64,000 nt of DNA from Rhodospirillaceae bacterium (lineage in GTDB: Bacteria > Pseudomonadota > Alphaproteobacteria > GCA-2731375): positions 41,715 through 105,714 of the forward strand of contig JABIWH010000060.1 in the NCBI GenBank assembly GCA_018701215.1, in the 5' to 3' direction. The notes beneath the pieces were generated by a model. It was not told where the DNA came from and made no database searches. It saw nothing but the letters and a program-made list of their open reading frames with translations. Position 1 is the first letter of the stretch; the number at the start of each line of letters is the position of its first letter. Positions 18,598 through 26,295 of the stretch are shown piece after piece. A program made the translations under genes and the position numbers.

Positions 18598-19446
18598 TTA
18601 TGAAACTTCGGTATAGGCGACCTCGCGCCCGATCCTGGCGCCAGCGTCCTGACGGGCCCGAAACTGCGTCATCAAGCGGGCGTGGTTCTCATAAGCCTCC
18701 GGGCTTAGTTCGGCGCCGATCCTTTGTTCGGCGCGGAAATGGCCATGGTCCCGGCCCCGCACCAGCATGGCCGAACCAGAGGGTGTGCCGACATCCAGCA
18801 CATGGGCGGGGATATAGCTGATGCCAAAACCCATGCGCCGATCATCCGCCTGATTGGGACGCGAACAATGGACCAGGTCCGTGTGGTGCAGGGAAATCTC
18901 GCCGGGCTGCAACGCCATGGGCACCCCGACCTCGTCATCGAACCGGCCAAAGATAGCCTGCCCGCGCAGGATCAGGTTGTCCTCGCCGGGATCATCCTGA
19001 TGTGCCAGCTGGCCCAGTTTATGGCTGCCGGGCAGCACATGCATACAGCCCGAGGCAACGCTGGCCTCTGACAGCGCCACCCAGGCCGTGACGTGCAGGG
19101 CGGGGTCGAGGTAGAAGTAGGTGCCGTCCTGATGCCAGAGAATATACTGCGGCGTCTTGGCATCCTTGATCCACATGGTAGCGTGGTAGACCAGAATATC
19201 CGGACCGATCAGGTCCTCCACTGCGTCCAGAATGCCGGCATGGCGAACCAGGCGTTCGGCCCAATCGAACAACAGATAGGATTTTGATTTTTCCGGATAG
19301 TCCAAGGACTTGCCGGTCTTCGCCTCGAATGCCTCGATCTCCCGCCGCGCCTCCGCGACCTCGTCCCTATTCAGAACCGGGATGGGATGGACATAGCCTT
19401 CATCCGCATACTGCTTGATTTGACCGTCCGTCAGGCGTTTGCCCAT
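18598..19446 (-). CDS. phytanoyl-CoA dioxygenase (PhyH) family Fe(II)/2OG dioxygenase
   Basis: 282 aa from the internal ATG (MGKRLTDGQ...), which has a GAGGGGAA RBS. WHQD...H pattern of the PhyH superfamily. First gene of the PhyH-NMT1-phosphodiesterase operon. Confidence 0.75.
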   Translation of the reverse strand: MGKRLTDGQIKQYADEGYVHPIPVLNRDEVAEARREIEAFEAKTGKSLDYPEKSKSYLLFDWAERLVRHAGILDAVEDLIGPDILVYHATMWIKDAKTPQYILWHQDGTYFYLDPALHVTAWVALSEASVASGCMHVLPGSHKLGQLAHQDDPGEDNLILRGQAIFGRFDDEVGVPMALQPGEISLHHTDLVHCSRPNQADDRRMGFGISYIPAHVLDVGTPSGSAMLVRGRDHGHFRAEQRIGAELSPEAYENHARLMTQFRARQDAGARIGREVAYTEVS

Positions 19447-19891
19447 GGTGATATTCCCCTCGCTGCACGCTGACGCCATTCTGATATTAGCCGGCATGCC
19501 ATGCAAGGGCCTGATTTTCGGTCACGACTTAAGATTGCTTTGCGTTATGTCCAATGGTAAATTCTCGAACCGAATCAGTTCCTTGTGATTCCCGTGCCGG
19601 GGATCTGCCGGGATTGATTGACTAGTTGGACCGCGTAAAAAAATGCCTGCCGGGCATAATATAAAAAGTGGTGGGACGATCCTGGTAGGTAGCCCGAATT
19701 CTTAACGGGTGGTCCGGTTTCGTAGTTTTCAGTTTGTGTAACGCGTGGCGCCGAATTCGTGATGGACGGGCCGATAGGTATTGGCCGTCCTATGTTTGGT
19801 CGCTGCGTGTGGTATTTGCAGGTCCCAGGCTGGATTAGGCAGTACTTACGACCAGTGTTTCGGGACCATATCGATATCGGGGAGGTATCTT

Positions 19892-21844
19892 ATGGAAGCC
19901 AAAGTTGTATGGCTGTTCGTGTTTGTGGCCCTCTATTGGTGCTATTGCATCTTTTGGGGCGTCAAAAGCGCCATGGCAGCGAAAACCGCGACTGACTATT
20001 TCATCGCCGGCCGCAGATTATCAATTTGGGTCTTTGTTCTGGCAGCGACCGCGACGTCGTTCTCGGGCTGGACCTTCATGGGCCATCCCGGCCTGATCTA
20101 CCGCGACGGATTTCAATACGCCTACGCCTCGTTCTATGCCATCACCATTCCTTTCACGGGCGTGATGTTCCTGAAACGGCAATGGATGTTGGGTAAACGC
20201 TTTGGCTATGTGACACCGGGCGAGATGCTGTCCGACTATTTCCAGGGCGATGCCATTCGTATCCTGGTGGTCCTGGTCGCGCTGCTGTTCTCAATTCCTT
20301 ATCTCGGCGTGCAGCTTGGGGCCTCCGGCTTCCTGTTCAATGTTTTGACCGATGACATGATCTCCAAGGACGTGGGCATGTGGGTGCTTTCGGCAGTGGT
20401 GCTGGTCTATGTGGCGACCGGCGGTCTTAGAGCCGTGGCCTACGTGGATACCCTGCAATGCGTTTTGCTGGCCTTCGGCATCGTATCCATTGGTTTCATT
20501 GCTTATAGCTTCCTGGGCGGCTTCGGCGCCTTCAACGAAGCCATGGGCGCCTTGGGCAAGACCGATATCGGCAAGTGGGGTGCGACACCCGACGGCCATA
20601 ATGCCTATCTGGCCATTCCCGGCGTGATCCAATTCACCGCCGGCCTTGGGGTGGAGACACCAGTTGGCGGTCTATGGACCGGCATGATGTGCCTGACCTA
20701 CATGTTTGCCCTGATGGGCATTCAGTCGGCGCCGGCATTTTCCATGTGGTCCTTCGCCAATACGGATCCCCGTCCGTTCGCACCGCAGCAAGTTTGGGCC
20801 TCGTCTTTCGGCATCGGCCTGATCCTGTTCTTCTTCACCGCCGCGCAAGGCATGGGGGCTCATTTCCTGGGCGCCACTCCGGCCGTGGCGGCGGCGGGCG
20901 GTATCTCTAGCGTGTTGCCGGATCTGACGGCCAACAAGCAAGGCGGTCTGGTGCCCCATTACATCAATCTGATTGGTGATACGGCACCCTGGTTCGTGGG
21001 CCTGTTGGCGGTTTGTGCCCTGGCGGCCATGCAATCAACCGGCGCGGCATATATGTCGACGGCCGGCGGCATGCTGACACGGGATCTGTACAAGCGTTAT
21101 CTGAACCCCGATGCCAGCCATGGCACGCAGAAGATGTTTGGCCGTCTCGGCGTTGCCTTCATCGTGATTTCGGCGTTGTTGGTGGCGACCTATTCGGCGG
21201 ACGCCCTGGTCCTACTGGGCGGTCTGGCGGTGGCCTTTGGTTTCCAGATGTGGCCGTCACTGGCGGCTGTCTGCTGGTTCCCATGGATCACCCGGCAGGG
21301 TGCCACATTGGGCCTGGCGGCCGGTTTGATCGCGGTGATCTTTACCGAGAACTTTGGCCTGAACATTGCCGCGGCTTTCGGTATTGAACTGGCCTGGGGC
21401 CGCTGGCCCTGGACCATGCATTCAGCCGGTTGGGGGATGATCTTCAATTTGGGTATTTGCGTGATCGTCTCGGCCATGACCCAGGATGAAGGCTCCCGTT
21501 CGCACAGAATGGTCTATCACAACTTCCTGCGTGAACATGCTTCCTTGTCAGCCGACAAGAAGAAGCTGGTCCCAATCGCCTGGATCATCACCCTGGCCTG
21601 GCTGTTCTTCGGCGTCGGCCCGGGCGCGGTCATTGGCAACACCATCTTTGGTGCCCCCAACGCGGGCGTCGAGGGCTGGACATTTGGCATCCCATCGATT
21701 TGGGCCTGGCAAATTTTGTTCTGGGCCTTGGGTGTCGCGATGATGTGGTTCCTGGCCTACAAGATGGAAATGTCTTCGGTGCCCAACAAGGAGATCGAGG
21801 TACTGACCGAGGATATCGGCGATACGCAAACGGCGGGATCGTAA
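19892..21844 (+). CDS. sodium:solute symporter (SSS) family transporter with C-terminal extension
   Basis: Start at the ATG preceded by GGAGG (MEAKVVWLFVFVALYWCY...). ~13 predicted TM helices and SSS-type N-terminal motifs (GR.LS....LAAT..S). The first ~37 codons of the six-frame ORF are probably leader. Confidence 0.8.
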   Translation: MEAKVVWLFVFVALYWCYCIFWGVKSAMAAKTATDYFIAGRRLSIWVFVLAATATSFSGWTFMGHPGLIYRDGFQYAYASFYAITIPFTGVMFLKRQWMLGKRFGYVTPGEMLSDYFQGDAIRILVVLVALLFSIPYLGVQLGASGFLFNVLTDDMISKDVGMWVLSAVVLVYVATGGLRAVAYVDTLQCVLLAFGIVSIGFIAYSFLGGFGAFNEAMGALGKTDIGKWGATPDGHNAYLAIPGVIQFTAGLGVETPVGGLWTGMMCLTYMFALMGIQSAPAFSMWSFANTDPRPFAPQQVWASSFGIGLILFFFTAAQGMGAHFLGATPAVAAAGGISSVLPDLTANKQGGLVPHYINLIGDTAPWFVGLLAVCALAAMQSTGAAYMSTAGGMLTRDLYKRYLNPDASHGTQKMFGRLGVAFIVISALLVATYSADALVLLGGLAVAFGFQMWPSLAAVCWFPWITRQGATLGLAAGLIAVIFTENFGLNIAAAFGIELAWGRWPWTMHSAGWGMIFNLGICVIVSAMTQDEGSRSHRMVYHNFLREHASLSADKKKLVPIAWIITLAWLFFGVGPGAVIGNTIFGAPNAGVEGWTFGIPSIWAWQILFWALGVAMMWFLAYKMEMSSVPNKEIEVLTEDIGDTQTAGS

Positions 21845-21905
21845 ACCACCAACATCCGGGGCGCGTGAGCCTGTTAAATATTAACGCGTCCCGGATCATT
21901 TTTGC

Positions 21906-21936
21906 GGGGAAGGGCATGGCCCTTCCCCCTTTTTTT
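21906..21936 (+). terminator. rho-independent terminator: perfect 10-bp GC-rich stem (GGGGAAGGGC/GCCCTTCCCC), 3-nt loop, T8 run
   Basis: Read directly from the sequence. T-tract follows the hairpin on the + strand, 60 nt after the SSS transporter stop. Confidence 0.75.
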
Positions 21937-21987
21937 CGCTAGCCTGATCCGAGGCAAAGTCTGGTTCCGGATCATTGGGTGGGAAAC

Positions 21988-22230
21988 ATGGAAACAATTT
22001 TTCAGCCGCAATATTGGCTGCTCTGGGGTGCGGCCCTGACCCTGCTGTTGTTTTTTCCCATTCGCAAGATCATCTGGGTGATGTCCGTGCGCCGGGCCCA
22101 GGCCAAGGGTGAAAGCATTGAAGGGGAGGCGCAAAAACGCCTGTTCCGCCGGGCCGGCGTGACGGCCGCCTTGCTCAGTTTTGTTTTTGCAATTTTCTAC
22201 ACAAATTATTTGTTTGGGGCGGGTTCATGA
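21988..22230 (+). CDS. small two-TM membrane protein (possible transporter accessory subunit)
   Basis: ~80 aa with two hydrophobic helices and a GGTGGGA RBS. Its stop overlaps the start of the TPR gene (ATGA). Confidence 0.45.
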   Translation: METIFQPQYWLLWGAALTLLLFFPIRKIIWVMSVRRAQAKGESIEGEAQKRLFRRAGVTAALLSFVFAIFYTNYLFGAGS

Positions 22231-22835
22231 ACCCTGCCGTCGTAAAGCGTTTCATCTTCATCATGGTCATTGCCCTGGCCCTGGTCGGCGGCACCAGCAT
22301 TTTCATGGATACATTTTTGAACCGCCCGCCCGGCGACTATGAAACCGAACGGGGCGACATGTATCTCTCAAGCCATGATTATAAAAAGGCGATGGCGAAC
22401 TTCGAAGAGGCGTTGCGCATCAATCCCCATCACCGCGGCGCCCTGATGGGGCGGGCAGTTGTTCTGATCGCCACGGACCATCACGACAGGGCGGTGATGG
22501 AATTGGGTTCCCTGATAAATTTTCTGCAGGAAAACCTACCCGATGACGATGCTACGGGCCAAGGCACCCTGGCTGCCGCCTATGCCAATCTAGGCATCGT
22601 GCATGACCGCAATGGCCGCCACGAACTGGCCCTGAAGAATTATATTGAAGCCTTGAAAGTCGACGAGGGCGCCGTGGACGGACCGGGTCTGATTGACCGT
22701 ATCCTGCATGACCCAAGCCCCTCGACCATCCGCAAGCGGGCCACGTATCTGTATACCGAACTGCAAAAACCCAGCGATCAGCAAGTCCTGAAGCTGCCGG
22801 AGATCGACGCCAAGTCACGGACCTACAAGCCTTAG
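22227..22835 (+). CDS. membrane-anchored TPR-repeat protein
   Basis: 202 aa. N-terminal TM (FIFIMVIALALVGG) followed by TPR-like helices (AMANFEEALRINPHHRGAL.GRA ...). Confidence 0.6.
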   Translation: MNPAVVKRFIFIMVIALALVGGTSIFMDTFLNRPPGDYETERGDMYLSSHDYKKAMANFEEALRINPHHRGALMGRAVVLIATDHHDRAVMELGSLINFLQENLPDDDATGQGTLAAAYANLGIVHDRNGRHELALKNYIEALKVDEGAVDGPGLIDRILHDPSPSTIRKRATYLYTELQKPSDQQVLKLPEIDAKSRTYKP

Positions 22836-22961
22836 AGCAATTTTCAATTAATCGGCGTCGCCACCGTAGCTTATTTGGCGCGACGTAAGTAATTGGTTCA
22901 ATTGCTCGATTCTCAAGAGTCTGAGCGCATTTTCTTCGAATGCGATCCCGGGCGCCGCAGC

Positions 22962-23165
22962 TTACGAGAACTTCACCACGCCCAGGACATCCTGAAACAG
23001 AACCAGCATGAAAAACACGGCGGCGATACAGCCGAACAGCAGGCGCACGGAATCGCTCTTGCCATCCTTGTCACGATGACGGATCGCATGCACGGCAATG
23101 GCACCCGTGGCGACCAGAAAAATAATGTTAATAGGGCCTTCCCAGGCGCCGGCAAATTCAAACAT
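22962..23165 (-). CDS. hypothetical small membrane protein
   Basis: 67 aa, two hydrophobic helices, and coding-like third-position GC bias. No recognisable family. Confidence 0.3.
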   Translation of the reverse strand: MFEFAGAWEGPINIIFLVATGAIAVHAIRHRDKDGKSDSVRLLFGCIAAVFFMLVLFQDVLGVVKFS

Positions 23166-23203
23166 CGCTAAAGCCTAGCCAAGTTGGCCGGGCAAGACCA
23201 CGT

Positions 23204-23263
23204 CTTTATTTCAGCCGCCTTTACTTCGACCGCCTCTATTTCGACCGCTTCTATTTAGATAGC
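23204..23263. repeat. four tandem degenerate 15-bp repeats (consensus CTnTAtTTCgaCCGC)
   Basis: Read from sequence: ctttatttcagccgc / ctttacttcgaccgc / ctctatttcgaccgc / ttctatttagatagc. The last unit overlaps the stop of the 156-aa gene. Confidence 0.6.
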
Positions 23264-23721
23264 GGCCCGGTAATTTCACTGCTGCTCAGGCAGGGCGGGA
23301 ATTCGCCCGCGCATTCAGCTGATTGCGAGGCCAAGGCAAAGGCGCCGCCCAGGCTCCCGGCCAGAAAAACCACGGCCGCAAGAAAACCCGTACGCGGGCT
23401 CAGCTTGGTTACGATCGATGCCGGGTCGATATCATAGCGGTGATAATTCGGGTCGTTGTCGTCAAGCTGGCCGGTTTGATCCAGCTGTTCGATCTTGCGC
23501 GCGTACATCAGTGCCCAACCGGGCACTTCGCTACGGATCATGAAGCTGTCGAAAACCGCATCGCCCTCGTCGGCCCGCATATCGCGGCCATGCCAGTGCG
23601 CAAAGGCAAGCTGCAGAAATTGGAACTCGCCAATTTGCAAAAGATTTGCGGCGTTGACGACCATGGTCCGGTTCGGGAATTCATCCCTATCGGGGTTCAA
23701 TAACGTATCGATAAAATTCAT
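23251..23721 (-). CDS. hypothetical protein with C-terminal TM helix
   Basis: 156 aa, unrecognised family. C-terminal hydrophobic anchor (FLAAVVFLAGSLGGAFALA). Confidence 0.45.
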   Translation of the reverse strand: MNFIDTLLNPDRDEFPNRTMVVNAANLLQIGEFQFLQLAFAHWHGRDMRADEGDAVFDSFMIRSEVPGWALMYARKIEQLDQTGQLDDNDPNYHRYDIDPASIVTKLSPRTGFLAAVVFLAGSLGGAFALASQSAECAGEFPPCLSSSEITGPLSK

Positions 23722-23876
23722 AACGTCCTACCTCGTCCCCCACGATGACAGGCAAGTATTGAGGAAGTACCAACAAGCCGGATTTTTCGTCCCTTTCCAA
23801 ATCAATTCTGCATGAGCAAGGCCGCTCCCCCGCGATCATGCGGGGAAGTGCTCAGCTCGAACTACTTCGCGCCGTG

Positions 23877-24299
23877 TTAGCGTTTGACGGATTCAACCAT
23901 GACGCCGCTGGCATCCTTTGGATGCACCAGCCAACGGGCCGAGGCGCCTGGTTCCGTCGGGTCGCGCATCAACACGGTCATGCCGCGGCCTTCGAGTTCC
24001 TTGCCACTGCCTTCCACATCCTCGACTTCCAGGCAGACGTGATAGAAGCCCTCGCCGACCGAGGCCAGGCGCTTGGACAAGGCGTTGCTCATGTCGGATT
24101 TGTCCAGCGGCTCCATGATCTCGATGACCATTTCGTCCCAGGTGCCGCCGACCGAGATGAAGACACTGCGAATGCCTTCAACTTCAATTCTGCGGTCTTC
24201 GAATTTCTGGAAACCGAACGATTCCGTCCAAAGCTTGGTGGCGGCGTCCGCATCGTGCACCAAAACGCCAAAGTGACTGATTTTATTCGTGATCATTGC
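23877..24299 (-). CDS. VOC (glyoxalase/bleomycin-resistance/dioxygenase) family protein, methylmalonyl-CoA-epimerase-like
   Basis: ~140 aa from the internal ATG (MITNKISHFGVLVHD...), with H...E metal ligands in both betaalphabetabetabeta modules. Confidence 0.65.
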   Translation of the reverse strand, partial: AMITNKISHFGVLVHDADAATKLWTESFGFQKFEDRRIEVEGIRSVFISVGGTWDEMVIEIMEPLDKSDMSNALSKRLASVGEGFYHVCLEVEDVEGSGKELEGRGMTVLMRDPTEPGASARWLVHPKDASGVMVESVKR

Positions 24300-24324
24300 T
24301 CTTCCTCCAATTACGGCTTTTTCG

Positions 24325-25125
24325 TTATGACTGTCTGTGGCGCTCACCAGCGGCTGGGGGCGTGCGGGCTGGGCCTGCGAAACATTGCGCCACCGCCATC
24401 CACTTGGTGGCGGTATCGCCCACCACCTTCAGACTGGTATCACCGATATTGCGGCACTGGGTCACCACCTGGCCAAATTCCGCCGCGGCACCTTCGATGT
24501 AGTTGCTATCCGATGGCTCGTTAAACTCCCAAACCTCGCCCGACGGCGCGGTTAGCTTTAAATATGGCCGGTCCTCGGGCACCTCTTCGCCCCGGTTTAT
24601 GAAGGTCCAGCCAAAGGTGTTGTTGCCGATCACCGCGACGTTCTTAATGTGGTCCCTGTCCTGGCGCACCGTACCGAGCACGTCATAAATTGCCTGGGCA
24701 TGGGACCAGGTTTCCATCAACCGGGCGGTGACCGATGACAGCACGCTCATGTCCGGCCCAGCCCATTTCAGGCGTTTCTTTGGGTCCACGCCTTCATAGT
24801 CGCCAATCATGTTTTCGTAGTAGTCATGCCAAAGTTTCAGCAGCGCCTGGCCCCTGACGCCGTCCAGCATACGGTCCGTGTAGGGCACCATTTCCTCGCC
24901 CTTTTCCCCTGCCGCGCGCAGATCCGCCAACAGTTTCAGAATGCCGTCCTCGTCATCCAGGGACAGATGGGCCGCATAGTTGAAATAATGCAGATGCTGC
25001 ATGACATCGTTGATGGTCCAATCCTTGAACAGGGTCTTGCGTTCGAAATCCGCGTCGCTCAAGGGTTTCAGCAGCTCGTATAGCGCGTCGTTTTCCGCCT
25101 TGAAATCCAGGGCCTGTTGCAACAT
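24325..25125 (-). CDS. DinB/MDMPI_N-like (maleylpyruvate-isomerase-N-terminal family) metal-binding protein, function unknown
   Basis: 266 aa with W..NDV..HL motif near the N-terminus, typical of DinB_2/MDMPI_N. Confidence 0.55.
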   Translation of the reverse strand: MLQQALDFKAENDALYELLKPLSDADFERKTLFKDWTINDVMQHLHYFNYAAHLSLDDEDGILKLLADLRAAGEKGEEMVPYTDRMLDGVRGQALLKLWHDYYENMIGDYEGVDPKKRLKWAGPDMSVLSSVTARLMETWSHAQAIYDVLGTVRQDRDHIKNVAVIGNNTFGWTFINRGEEVPEDRPYLKLTAPSGEVWEFNEPSDSNYIEGAAAEFGQVVTQCRNIGDTSLKVVGDTATKWMAVAQCFAGPARTPPAAGERHRQS

Positions 25126-25149
25126 GACGTCGTCTCCCTCTGTTCCTAT

Positions 25150-26292
25150 CTACGTGCCGACGGCCTTGGACAGCCGTTCATGGGCATTGATAAAATCTTC
25201 CTTGAAATCATAGACCACATTACGCACCGATTGACTGGCATTCATCAAGCCCACGCCCTGACCAACCCAATAGGTGGCCAGATCCTGGGCGCCGCGATGG
25301 CCGCCCTCGGACAGGCGTTCCACCTTGCCCAGGGCCGGTTCGGAAATCAGCGATTGCAATGGCATGGCCAATGGGTCAGGCGCATCCTCGCGCTCCCAGG
25401 CATCGGTCCAGGGGGAACGCAGCTGACGCGAATGCTTGCCCGTGCGGCTGCGGGCGCGGACCGTGTCGGACGAGCTTGCCGCCAGCATCTTTTCCTTCAC
25501 CACCGGCGCGGTTTCAGCTTCCGTCGTGGTCAGCCAGACCGAACCGGTCCACACACCGGAGGCGCCCATGGCCATGCAGGCTGCCATCTGCCGGCCCGTG
25601 ACGATGCCGCCCGCCGCCAGGATGGGCGTATCACCATGGTCCTGAATGGCCTCGAATATTTCCGGCACCAGCACCATGGTCGAAACGGCGCCGCAATGGC
25701 CGCCCGCCTCGCCGCCCGCCACGACCAGAATATCGACCCCCGCCTGCACCTGATTGATGGCGTGGGATTTAGCGCCGACCAATGCCGCCACGGCAACGCC
25801 GTGCTGTTTGCCCAGTTCCATCATCTCCCGCGGCGGCACGCCCAGGGCATTGGCGATCAACTTGATGGGATGGGAAAAAGCAATGTCGAGATGTTTCTTG
25901 GCGCCCTCCAGGGTCAGATTGTCTGAAAAGACCATGGTTTCCCGCCGGGCCGCGTCATCGACGCCTTCGGCATCAATGTCATGGGCCCGCAGGATCTTCT
26001 CGGCGAAGTTCTTGTGTTCGTCAGGCAGCATGGCGATCATGCCGTCCGGGGTCGTATTGTCGCCCTTGCCGATGAACTTATTAGGCACGATCAGATCAAC
26101 GCCGTAGGGCTTGCCATCAATATTTTCATCGATCCAGGTAAGCTCGGCCTCCAGCTGTTCCGGCGTCATGCTGGCCGCGCCCAGAACACCGAAGCCGCCC
26201 GCCTTGCTGACCTCGGCGACCACGTACCGGCTGTGAGTGAAGGCAACGAGGGGGAACTCGATGCCGAGCATTTCGCAAATTCGGCTTTCCAT
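25150..26292 (-). CDS. nitronate monooxygenase (NMO; 2-nitropropane dioxygenase / FabK-like FMN TIM-barrel)
   Basis: 380 aa. N-terminal MLGIEFPLV....Y.....V..AGGFGVLG motif. 3 nt after the carboxylase alpha subunit stop. Confidence 0.8.
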   Translation of the reverse strand: MESRICEMLGIEFPLVAFTHSRYVVAEVSKAGGFGVLGAASMTPEQLEAELTWIDENIDGKPYGVDLIVPNKFIGKGDNTTPDGMIAMLPDEHKNFAEKILRAHDIDAEGVDDAARRETMVFSDNLTLEGAKKHLDIAFSHPIKLIANALGVPPREMMELGKQHGVAVAALVGAKSHAINQVQAGVDILVVAGGEAGGHCGAVSTMVLVPEIFEAIQDHGDTPILAAGGIVTGRQMAACMAMGASGVWTGSVWLTTTEAETAPVVKEKMLAASSSDTVRARSRTGKHSRQLRSPWTDAWEREDAPDPLAMPLQSLISEPALGKVERLSEGGHRGAQDLATYWVGQGVGLMNASQSVRNVVYDFKEDFINAHERLSKAVGT

Positions 26293-26295
26293 GAT

